In this document: positions 1 through 12,044 of the stretch, piece by piece | Position numbering within the stretch: position 1 is the first letter of the stretch | Layout: every line of letters begins with the position of its first letter | From: Lingula anatina | Taxonomy: Eukaryota; Animalia; Brachiopoda | Length of the DNA: 64,000 bases | Assembly: GCA_051362555.1 (NCBI GenBank) | Contig: CM120643.1 | Location: 26,602,848-26,666,847, forward strand | Reading direction: 5' to 3' | Translations under genes and position numbers: made by a program | Notes under the pieces: model-generated | Seen by the model: only the letters and a program-made list of their open reading frames with translations | The model's database searches: none | Told to the model about the DNA's origin: nothing

Positions 1-338
1 AATCGGTCAGGACGGATGGTTCACGCAGAACGGACCGTACACGTGACACCGGGCTGGTAACTTTTCAGAGTAACCTGCCCGGCGGTCTGGCTAGTAATTT
101 CCTTGAATTTCATACACTGATATGATGCTAAATGATTTGCCAAAAATAGCAGAGGCAATTATCAAAGTCACCATATAGCTAGTCAAACAAGGAAAATCAA
201 AGACGTGGAAGTCTGAGAAGATACAACAAATTCCGAGCGTGAACAAATTACTATTAGTACCATCGATTCCGCCCAGACTTAGATGCATAAACATTGATGG
301 CAATCTATTTACACGGCATTTTTCAGTTAGAATCGTAC

Positions 339-458
339 CTTCAGTATTACATCACAAAACAAGCCACTTGCTCTCTGGGTGTTCAGTGCATTGAGTATCG
401 AAATCGTTTGTTTTTGTTCGACGAAGGAAAGAATCTCTTTCTTTCTGGAAGCAGCCAT
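339..458 (-). CDS. First coding exon of a BTB-domain (kelch-like/KBTBD-type) protein; the gene continues off the left edge of the window
   Basis: ATG at 458 gives MAASRKKEILSFVEQKQTISILNALNTQRASGLFCDVILK followed by donor AAG|GTACG. LNxQRxxGLFCDVILK is the typical start of a BTB-kelch BTB domain. Confidence 0.8.
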
Positions 459-752
459 ATTTGCCAACTGAAGTTTATGCGTTGAGTTCCCAAGAAAAGA
501 GCAATTCACTATTAGTTATTCGTACTTGTTGATTATTTGTTGGGCAAATAATGGTGATATCTTTTTGAATCCATGTTAAAAACAAGTACTACTTCAAAAC
601 GTTTTAGAAAGAAATGATCAAAAGGAGACATACAATTTAATAATACAGAGAACCGAATTTGAAATGGAAAATAATCATCACCGATACCCTTGTTGTTACC
701 AAACTATTAAACAGGAAGTGAGAGGGGAGGTGTGGGGGCGCGGCGAGCGAAA
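459..752. promoter_or_regulatory. Probable bidirectional promoter between the BTB gene and the SNX20/21-like gene
   Basis: The two divergent ATGs are ~295 bp apart. ETS-like ACAGGAAGTG at 711-720 is followed by a GC-rich patch. Confidence 0.5.
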
Positions 753-3700
753 ATGTCATCAAAGTTGAAAAAGCTTGGAGCGAACATCGACATTGATAAC
801 ACACTGAGTGCTGAAGGAGAAGATAGTGAACTAAGCCTAGTAGACGACAGTGAAGTGTTATCGGATGCTCTGCAGGGAAAACTGTCATTCACGGGAGATA
901 ATGCTAATGGCAGTGCCAACGATTCCCCAACGGCCACAAATACAGGTGATAGTATTCTTGGAAACAGGAAATATTCGTGGAATATTTGAACTCTACAGTG
1001 TACATTTTATTACGGTTTTAATCTGCTTTTGATATCTGCTCTTCCTTAAGTAGCATTATTACATGAAGTAGCAGCTTTAATGATTAATCAATAATTAATG
1101 TAGGAAGCAAAGTTATATTTATCAAATCAAGTGAAATATCTGCCAATTATCCTTTGTTTCATCATTCGCTTGATTGTTTATTGTTTGTTTTCCTTTCTAA
1201 CTTCCTTCATTCTTTTTCATATCTGCCAATTATATGCTATGTGAATAACTTTGTTTTATTTTGATATTTATTTATTTATTTATTTTGTTTGTTTATTTGC
1301 CCTTACGAAAATTTCCTATAGGATTTCCTATAGGATTTCCTATAAGATTTCCTATAGGATCCTATAAGATTTCCTATAGGATTTCCTATAGGATCCTATA
1401 GGAATTCCTATAGGATCCTATAGGAAATTGTCCCTTTTTCCTATAGGATCCTATAGGAAATCCTATAGGATCCTATAGGAAATCTTATAGGATCCTATAG
1501 GAAATCTTATAGGATCCTATAGGAAATCCTATAGGATCCTATAGGAAATCCTATAGGATCCTATAGGAAATCTTATAGGATCCTATAGGAAATCTTATAG
1601 GATCCTATAGGAAATCCTATAGGATCCTATAGAAATTCATATTAACTGCTTTGAATATTTTTACAGCTTTTTATATATTGTTGGATCTTTGGCAAAATTG
1701 GTAATAGGCACTGGTCCCTCAAAACAAAAGAGAATATCATGTTTACATTCTTTATTCAAGATGTATAAATGTATGTACATATTCCACAGTATGGTATGCA
1801 TCCAGCTTACTAGAGAATTGTTTCATAGATTTTTGCAAAGTTAATGGTGTTGCTACTGCTTTTTAATTATAAGTTCTAAAAGTTATCACAAGTATCCAAT
1901 ATGTCTTGTCAAGCTGTGGCGTCACTGTCTTTTTCTTGTGTGAGTTCGAACTCCTGCCAGAATAAGTGGCTTAAACCTCCCTTGGCCAGACCCTGTCCAT
2001 TGACAGCATACTGCTTTAGTCACTTAATAATTGAAGAATTTCAGACAAGTCTTTTGCACATTGTTCAATTTTACTGTGATAAGTCTTTTGCACATTGTTC
2101 AACTTTACTGTGATAACCTTCTTAACCTCCGTCTGAGTTGCGTTGAACCATTTGCAGACGTATTCTGAAAGAAAGACATTGTGAATTTCAATTAATTGTA
2201 CATGTCTACAAAAATGCAAAATGATGAAGGAAAAAATTTCTGAAAACAAAAATAATCATTGCACCAATTCTTTTTTGAGCAATTCTTAGCCTTTATTAGT
2301 TAACTGAATTTTTTTCAAAGACAAGGTATTAAAGCTGGATAATTTGTAAAAAAAAAATATAAAGAACATGAACATATTTCATAGGACCAAGTCCACAGGA
2401 ACAATCAGAAACGAATTTTAAAATGCAGAAATCCACAGTGGAGAAAACTCTACTCTGGTTAAATATGCAATTTGGCCATTACAGAGCTGCCAGGGCCAAA
2501 AAAGTCCCAAAAACTCATAGAAATCTCATTTCCAAAGGTAAACGGTAATTCCCTATTCTCACCAGTCTTTGCTTGACCTAAATCATCAGTCCAAACCACA
2601 AAAAAGCAACCCCCAAATTAAATGTTATAGCTTTTATGTAAGCAAAATGGCCAGATTTTCACAATGCACATTTCATTTCCATTATGTATAGGTTAGCAAA
2701 AAATATTTTTAAACAAACTATGGTGTTTACCTTACATTAAGGGTTGGAAAGAAATTAAAGGGAAAGAAAACTTGGCAAATAAACGATCCTGAAGAACATG
2801 TGAGATAATGAAATTTGCCCTGACAGCCTCTCTAGCATGTTAATTGTATGTTATTTATTAGCATGGGTCTTTTTCAGTTATATATATCATGATGGTCCCT
2901 TGGAGGCAGTTGTGGATAACATTAAATAGATAATTTTTAATAAATCACAAACCAAAAGTTAAATGAAATGTAAAGTTTTTTTAGATTCAACTGCATTTAA
3001 AGAAATATGAGCAATTGATCACAGTTTTATAAGAAATAAAGAGACTAAACAATGATTGCATTATGTATCCTTGTTTCTTCATTATAAATTATAACTTGTT
3101 CAATGTAATATAGATATATTGTTTACAAGGTAAACTACAAATTAGATCAAAAAATTATCTCATTTTCAATTTGATTAGATGCCCAAATGATCCAATGCAT
3201 TACTGTAATACATACCTTCCTCAATCAGATTCTTCTACACTCTGTACCCTTCCCCTATGCTCTTGAATTTAAACTGTCTTGATAGCTGTATACTCATTTG
3301 GTGCTAGTCTCATATAAACAAAGGCTTAGGCAGGATACCACACATCCAGAATTCTGATAATATCTAATAGGCGGTTACTGTTACTAGTGTAACAATAGCT
3401 ACAGGAGTAGTGACCTAATAATAGGTGCCAGGCTAACAAAAGAAATTCACAGTTGTTGAATCTGTGGTTATGGCTGGTGGAGTAGGGCATTCTCTAGCTA
3501 ACATCAGTTGACTGTTAAACCTTACAAGTGATTGAGCATGGTTTATAATAAAATGTGTCTTTATAAACATATTAATTTATCCTCGTTTCCCATCCTTTAT
3601 GAGGGACAGTACTATACCCATGCTGTTCGCACTTATGCTTTTACATTATATCTATATATTAGGCAGAATTGCACTTTCACTTTTTAACACAGCCAAGGTC

Positions 3701-6624
3701 AGGTAAAATCTGATTAGATAAGGTTGACTTTCAATATAATAGAAGAAATATGAAGTAAGTGAATATTATGATCACACAAAACGTAAAAATACATTATGTA
3801 CTGATAATAAGACCAGTTTCATTATTTTTCATTTAACCCGGCTTTATAAAAATCACTGTATGAATTAGCATAGGATTTCCTATAGAAATTCCTATAAGAT
3901 TTCCTATAGGATCCTATAGGAATTTTAGAATGGTCTGAACATAAATTAAGAATTAAAATTATATAATGATATTTAGATTAGACTCATTATTTTTATTCAA
4001 CCCGGCCTTATAAAAATTCCCTGTATGAATTAGCATAGGATTTCCTATAGGTTCCTATAAAAATTCCTATAAGATTTCCTATAGGATCCTATAGGAATTT
4101 TTGTAATGGTCTGAACATAAATTAAAAATCAAAATCATATACTGATATTTAAACCAGATTCATTATTTTTCATTCAACCTGGCCTTATAAAAATTCCTTA
4201 TACATACACATTTATACATATTGAATAAAGAATGTAAACATGATATTATCTTTTGTTTTGAGGGACCAGTGCTTATTACCAATTTTGCCAAAGATCCAAC
4301 AATATATAAAAAGCTGTAAAAATATTCAAAGCAGTTCATATGAATTTCTATAGGTTCCTATAAGATTTCCTATAGGATCCTATAAGATTTCCTATAGGTT
4401 CCTATAGGATTTCCTATAAGATTTCCTATAGGATCCTATAAGATTTCCTATAGGATCCTATAGGATTTCCTATAGGATCCTATAGGAATTTTTGTAATGG
4501 TCTGAACATAAATTTAAAAAATAATTTCAGCTTCAGTGATTTGGTACAAAATCATTCCTAATGATAAAATACTTCTCCATAGAAGATTACTTTACAAATG
4601 ATCAATTTTTCAAGATTTCTTTAAAATATAAATTAAAGAATTTTCTATAGAATCCTATAGAAGACTATAAGATAGTGCATTACAAACAATAAAAAGCATT
4701 TTTGCTTTAATAGTGATATATAATTGACAATTCAACTGATAAGATTGACTTATATCAAATATCTATTGTTTAGAATGATATTTGTTTATAAGTTATGCAT
4801 TTTTCTCAAGATTTTAACTTACAACAATATCCTATAGGATCCTATAGGAAATCCTATAGGAAAGGTGCCCTATAGGATCCTATAAGATTTCCTATAGGAT
4901 CCTATAGGATCCTATAGGAATCCTATAGGATCCTATAGGAAATTTTCGTAAGGGTGTTTATTTTGATTTCTTAGTCTCTTACTATTATATATTTTTCATA
5001 GCCACTTAAAGGCATCTGAGCACTTAGAGTAGCTCCCTGTCATGTGAGTTGTGTACCAGTAATAAAGAAGGTCATCATCATCATCATTCCTCTTCGTTCC
5101 GTGTGGGACATAAGGCCACAGTCACTTCTTTCCACTTGGCCCTATCTCTGGCTATGTGCTGGGCCTGTCCCCATGTGAGGTCCACCTCCTTCAGCTCTGC
5201 CATCACTGTTTGGCACCAGGTGGTCTTGGGCCTTCCTCTCTTTCATTTTCCAGGTGGTGTCCATCTCAGAGCTACCTTAGGTACTCGGTTCTCGTCCATC
5301 CTGAGTACATAGCCAAGCCACAATAAAGAAGGTATTATATTATTATATATAAGTTATCTTCATTTCAAATGGTTCTCTTCCTTTTCTACCAGGCAGCTCC
5401 AGGGCTCCAGTGGCCCCTCCCCTGTCCACCGTGCTCTACACCCCCGACCACAACTCCAAGCCTTCACCGGCGCAAGTGGCATTTGAGATCCTGCGGACCA
5501 AGACCATCAAAGACGGCAGGTCAAGATATGTGGTGAGGATCACATACTTAAACGCACACACGTGCGCATGCGTGTATAACATAAGATGCTCACTTACCCT
5601 TGCACATAAACACATGCACACATTATTTTCCATGGGCAGACTCAGATATGATCATGAGGTCACACACACACACACACATACACAAACACACACACACACA
5701 CACACACACACGCATGCACACACATGCACAGAGATCCCTGTTGAATTTTCAGATTTGCTTAAAATTATGTTGTGGTCACACTGTCTTTCCTTACTAAAAC
5801 TAACCTCTTTAAGCAAAAATCACTACTGAGTTTAAATTTAGTCTTATAATTTGTTCAAATCTGGGAAATATGGGGGAATTTTGTTTGGCATGTTTTTCAC
5901 ACCTTGCTTTGTCCCATAAAATGCTGACAACTGTGATTATATAAATTGTTTTTATGCATTTCAGTTGTACACAGTTGCAATAATAAGGACCCACCAGTTT
6001 GACACTTCACAAGCAACTGTTGATAAAAGGTATTCTGACTTTGAAAAGCTTTACAATTCATTGAGGAAAAGGCTGACCGCACAAATGCAAGAGATAGCCT
6101 TTCCGAAGAAAGTTCTTACTGGAAATTTTGATGACAAGACGATAGCTCACCGAAGTCGTGCCTTCGAACAGTTCCTAAGTCATGTATATGCCATACCAGA
6201 ACTGCGCGAATCAGAGGAATTGCACAACTTCTTTTTCAAAGTTGATCTCGACAAAGCACTGTTGTATCTCAGGAATGGAGAATACTTGGAAAGTATTCCC
6301 CTGCTTTTAAATGCCTTGAATATGCAGCAGAAACTTCTAGGTGATTCCCACCCAGACGTTTTGAAGACAGTATGTGCAATAATAGTAGCCTATAATATGA
6401 GGGAAGAGCACAGCAATGCACAGAAGTTTGCAGATATGGCACTGAAGTTAATCGGCGAGGACAGCAGCAGTCGTTACTTGATGCCAGTGTTACAGCTAAA
6501 TATCCGCCTGTGCTGGGTGCTAGGGAAGGAGAAGGCTGACCTCGAGGATAAACTTGCTGACCTTCACGAGAAGGGTTTGGAAATGCCCAGCCCAGATCGT
6601 CTGCTGGAGATGGTGGTGCAGTGA
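753..6624 (+). CDS. Sorting nexin 20/21-like protein (acidic N-terminus, PX domain, helical PXB/TPR-like C-terminus); 3 coding exons
   Basis: Exons 753-945, 5393-5532 and 5965-6624, all GT-AG with consistent phases (1, 0). PX motifs RYVLYTV, KRYSDFEKL, FPKKVLTGNF and IAHRSRAFEQFL are followed by a TPR-like helical region. Confidence 0.88.
1300..4954. mobile_element. Foldback/Mutator-like non-autonomous DNA transposon with long TIRs built from CCTATAGG palindromic tandem repeats
   Basis: Ends CCCTTACGAAAATTTCCTATAGGA ... TCCTATAGGAAATTTTCGTAAGGG. Flanking direct repeat (T)GTTTATTT at 1290-1298 and 4955-4963 (8-9 bp TSD). 1630-1775 is the inverted copy of ~4201-4350. Confidence 0.85.
5073..5321 (-). 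mobile_element. 5'-truncated RTE-clade LINE fragment
   Basis: The minus strand reads WLGYVLRMDENRVPKVALRWTPPGK*KRGRPKTTW...RDRAKW...LCPTRNEEE*, which is RT C-terminal sequence, followed by a (TGA)n tail. 12-bp TSD AATAAAGAAGGT at 5061-5072 and 5322-5333. Confidence 0.85.
5661..5730. repeat. (CA)n microsatellite
   Basis: Direct inspection; lies in SNX intron 2. Confidence 0.9.
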
Positions 6625-7258
6625 AATGTCTTTCTGTAGCTGAAATTATGATAATTTTTCGGCAGTCTGTTGTTGAAGTAAGAAAGGTTTTGTTGTTACA
6701 GTAGTGATTGTTTTATGCATTGTGGGGTACTGAATTGATTTCTGGTTGAAATTATGAGTAAAATCTTTCAAATATCAGTTATTTTTTTAAATTAATTTTT
6801 GGAAGGGATTTGAGAATGTATTATACAATAGTAATGAAAGTACTAATATACATATTGATGCACATATCTTGTTTTTTCAAATTTCATATTATAATCTTTT
6901 CATTTGTTTATTTATTGTTCAAATTTCATTAATTTATTTTATTGTTGGCTTTGATAATTTACTGAATGACTTTAGAGAGGAAATTTTATGGCTGGTTTTG
7001 CACAATTTTGGAAACTAGTCATTTGGGTAAATAAAAAAATAACATAATATTCATATTTATACACATAATTATGACAAGTTTTATGAAATAATTTTAACAA
7101 AAATGTTTCTGAAATTTGATAAAGTTTCTCATACTTAAATAGCATTTAAACATAAGTCTTTCAATCCAAAGCTCAAACGCTTAATGGCATCACTAAATAA
7201 AATATTTTGATAGAAAATATTGAAGAAATATCAAAAATAATTTTATCTATGATGATAA

Positions 7259-9168
7259 TTAGTACCACCAGCGTATACGCTGGCGGTACTCATGGTTTTA
7301 GTCCCGACCCGTCTCGTACAGCTCCGCCGGCTCCTGCGGCTCCGCCGGCTCCTGCGGCTCCGCCGGCTCCTGCGGCTCCGCAGTCGGGCGCCGGAAACAA
7401 GTCACCGTTACCGCTTCTCCTCCTAGACCGCCAGGACCTGTGTCCCCATCTCTTGGATTTAGGTCACATATAATCTCAACTTGAACACCCTGGTTTTTTT
7501 GTCTCTGTCGGTGCATTGGCCTGGGCGTGACACTTGTTGAAACGCACCCTTGTCAAAATTTTTGAAAATTCAAGGCTAAATATCTCCCAAACCAAAGGAA
7601 TTATGGGAAAAATTACTACAGAAGTCTGACCGAAAGTCATATCTGGAGATTCCAAATATGCCCTTTGATTTGACTTTTGACCTTTTTTTCAAGGTCAAAC
7701 AAGCCAAAATTTTCTAAAAATGGGAATTTTCTGCAAAAAAATATTTGTTTGTGCTATTTTTTGGAAACTACACAGATCTAAGCTCTCCTGTTACAGTGAG
7801 GGGTTACAATTGGGGACTCCTTTCATCTTTGGGAGTTTGGGGTCAATCGGTGCATTTTCACGGGAGAAGCAGCCATTAGATACCGAAACTGAAAACTTGC
7901 CTTTATTCTGGAATGGTAAATGCCAGAGACCTTTTGTTCATCGCACTTTGTAGAACTTGTCAAGTGCAATACTGGAGGTGGTGTCCATTTTTTTGTTTTC
8001 GATATGGTTTAGGCATTGCGCTATAACAAAAATTACAACATCGCAATATTCAGTGGGGAAAATGTTAAATATTCCAAAACTGGCAGAGATACGCCCATAG
8101 TTACTATTGAACTTGAATAGGAAGTTATATACAAGTAATCTAACTGTGACCTTTAAATTGACCTTTGACCTACTTTTCACCATGAACTGAACTTTGCAAA
8201 TTTTCTAGCCCTTATACCTCCAAAACTGGCAGAGATACACCCATAGTTACTATTGAACTTTAATAGGAAGTTATATACTGGTAATCTTACTGTGACCTTT
8301 AAATTGACCTTTGACATACTTTTCACCATGAACTGAACTTTGCAAATTTTCCAGCCCTTATATCTCCAAAACTGGCAGAGATACACCCATAGTTACTGTT
8401 GAACTTGAATAGGAAGTCATATACTGGCATTCTTATTGTGACCTTGAAATTGACCTTTGACGTACTTTTCAACATGAACTGAACTTTGCAAATTTTCTAT
8501 CCCTTATATCTCGAAAACTGGCAGAGATAGGTCCAAAGTTACTATTGAACTTGAATAGGAAGTCATATACTGGCAATCTTACTGTGACCTTGAAATTGAC
8601 CTTTGACCTACTATTTATGATGAACTGCACTTTGCATGTTTCCTGGCCTTCATATCTCCAACATTGGCAAAGAAATGCCCATAGCTACTATTAAACTTAT
8701 ATAGGAAGTCATATACTGTGACCTTAAAATTGACCTTTGACCTACTTTTTTTACCTCAAACTGAACTCTGCATATTTTCTTGCACTAGCAGAGATCTGCC
8801 CAGTGTTGTCCCTAGGTTTTCTCTTTTGTCAGCATTCCGGTATATGCATTACTGATAATGCATTTCAAGGAAAACCAATAGGCCTATTGTCTAGAAAATC
8901 ACAGGAGTGATCAGTGTTAGGAAAATACAGGTTAATTAGGACATCTCCTTGATTGGACCATTTTAACTGTTGTTTTTTTGATTTTTTTTTCCATATTTTG
9001 AGAACTCTTGTTTATTGCATTTTATAGAGCTTGTCAAGCACAAGACTGGTGGTGGTGTCCAATTTTTTTTTTTTTTTTTTTTTGGGGGGGGGGAGTCCAT
9101 ACGAATGCGCTTACTCCAGCTGGTGGTACAATATTCAGAGGCGGTATCGCCTCTCTGATCCTCTAGTT
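7259..9168 (+). mobile_element. Helentron/HINE (DINE-1-like) non-autonomous element
   Basis: 5' palindrome AGTACCACCAGCG-TATA-CGCTGGCGGTACT, a GC-rich minisatellite (7321-7380) and internal ~146-bp tandem units (8075-8800). The 3' end has sub-terminal IR GCTGGTGGTAC, hairpin CAGAGGCGGTATCGCCTCTCTG and terminal CTAGTT. Confidence 0.7.
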
Positions 9169-12044
9169 AACATTTATATGTTACACTATATATGCAATTT
9201 TAAAGATATTCTGTACATTTCTGTCCCAAAGTCACATTTCAACAGGTTATAACTCATGTAGTTACTTTTTTCTTTTACAATACCTTAAAAAATAAGAAAT
9301 TCCCTTAAGAAAATTGTCATATTACACTGTAATAATACTATTACAGTAATATTTTGCTCTGAAATATCAGGAAGGTGGCTTAAACTGACTTCATTTGTTT
9401 ACAACTTAAGATGGTTCAAATCAATGAATCCAAATTACTTCCCAGGAAATTTAGATTTGGTATGGAAATCTCGTACAGAATATCTTTGAGTACATTTTTT
9501 TAACATATTAATGACATAATTATGCAACAGTGACTTATCGTTTTCACTTTGGAGATTACCGAGGGTGGTTGATGCAACAACTCAAATGTTACCATGTTGA
9601 TGGAGAGTGTGAAGTAAAATTTGCAGCCAATTTATAGGTATTATCAATTAATTTCTTAGGCATGTCTTAGTTTAGTAGATATACAAAATAACAGCTGAGG
9701 ATCAAATACTGTAACAGTAACAATTGTCATTGTGTTATTTGTCGATCAAAACTTTTTTAAAGTTATAAGTGTACATCACAAAATGAACCCTGAGTAAAAA
9801 CTCACATTAGATACATATTATTTATCCCCTGCAATGGGTCATATTATACATTGTGCTGTGTGTTTGATTTTGGTGCTGGCAAACGGGTTGCGACACTTAC
9901 GTATTTATTTAGAAGCTTGAGGTGGTTAATGAGTGTTGACTTTCCGGGCATAAGATGAAATTTTAAGAATATATATATATATAATTTTTTTTTTTTTTTA
10001 ACGGCCTTTTCAGCCAAAGTTGACTATCATTTATGTATTTGTTTTCTGTTATTATTATGATTACTTTTTGTCAAGTACAGTGTTGGCTCCTTTTTTTTTT
10101 CATAAAATCACCAGCATTAGGGTATTACCTGGGGTCACCTACCCAGTGCATAGTTATGCATTTGATTTTTTTAATAAAGGTGCAAAAATATACTAATCCA
10201 ATTTCGTCAGAAAAAGAGTTGGACACACTTGCTAACCAACTTAAGTTAGTTATTTTATCTTGCTTTATGTTTGTTTGCTGTATTAACTTCCATCATTTAA
10301 ACATCGACACACTGAGGTGGCTGCAAGAGTGCTTCCAGGTGGCACTTTAGAATATTTCTATAAGAAATAACATGGCATTTAAAATTTTTATTTTCAGAAT
10401 GGGTGGGTAATAATCATAACTGGTAATAGGAATCAAATCATAGTACTTGGTTGTTGTAACTTATTGATAATTTTGAAATTATTGAATAGATATACTTTTT
10501 TTTATTATGGTGCTATTTGTATAAACAAGGATTGTTGTATTTTGAGCAATAAACTGCATTGTAATAAAATTGAATAATTGTTATTGTACCCGAACAAAAT
10601 GCAAAGATGGGAAGTTTCACATGTAATTTATTTCAGAAAGCTAGGTGTTGGAGGTTTAACAAAAACTGAGCAAGTTCTTTGTAGGTTCTTTAGTCAATAG
10701 CAATGTAAAATATTATATCAACACTACTGTTCATTTGCATTTTAAGACAATATTAATGACAAAGCACCTCTAACAACATGAATTACTTGCTGTTTATTAC
10801 ACTATATATGTCCAGGTACACTAAAAAACATAATCAAAGACATGGAAAAATCCTGAAAATTGCAGCAATTTTTATTCTTAGTCTATTTTAAAAAACCTTT
10901 TTAAGCTCTAAATTTCTACCCCCCCCCCTCCCCGTCTCTTTCACAATGGACATTGAGTAAATTTTACTAGTGATGGTAAAATTTAGAAATGTACAACATG
11001 AAAATTGATTCAGTTATTTGTTTAACGTCTCCCTCAGTGATTAAAGGAAAATTGCAGAAATTTTGTGGTTTAATTTTTCACATAAAGGTCCATTGTGCAC
11101 TGCACTTCACAGACGGAACATCTTGGGACTTAAACAAATTGCTGACCTGATGATTACAATCTAAAACATGTTTTTAATGAGTCTTTTTTTTTATCTACTT
11201 ACTATGGATGATCCTTGACCATGTAAGACTGATCAGGTGAGCCATGGATGTTAGGGTGGCATCAAAGAAATGATTTACTTTTTTTTATCGCTATTACACA
11301 AAACAATGAAAAAGCTATTCAACAGTGTACAAAACATACCTAAAACAAAATACAGTGACAACAAAATACAGTAACAACAAAAACCAAATGGTCCCAATAA
11401 CCAAACATGCACGGATTCAAAGTGCAAAACAAAAAAACAAAAACGTGACTAGGTGAACTACTGTTCTGAAGATAAAAATCATAAATCTCGACACGAGATA
11501 AATCATCTTCCCTCATGTTAAATTAAAGTCCAGGAGACAATTGGCTGCTGCGCAGAAAACAGTGCAATGAATTCTTTAAAATATATAAAAACAAACCATT
11601 CTTTGGTAAGAGGAAACCCTATGTTGATAATGATAACAACTTTTAAGTGAAAGTGAAATGCTATTCACTGTCCAAAAGCCACTAGCAGCAATTTTTTTCA
11701 AATTATGCTTTCCATTATGTGAACAAATTAAAGTTAACACTATTAAACAAAAATTTTGCTAAATATTAGCAGTAAAAATCACAACATGGGAAGATATTTC
11801 TGGACACATCTTCAGTTAATTTTCTCTTCCCGTATACATCCCAAATTAACTGATGGAGATCTTGTAGAAATAAAAAAAAATCAAATAATAAATAAATAAA
11901 AATCACTAAAACATGGTACAGGGAGAACAGTTAATCACCAATGCCATCATGAGTCTCCAAGAATTTCCAATCCTTAGGTACTTATAAATATCACCGAATA
12001 CATCAATTACGCATGGTCTCTAAAACATGATGCAGGAAGACAAG

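Noticed and set aside
7207-7516. ORFs with PAPAAP / EPAEPQ repeats
   Set aside because: They are translations of the GC-rich minisatellite at the 5' end of a HINE-like element, with no exon context.
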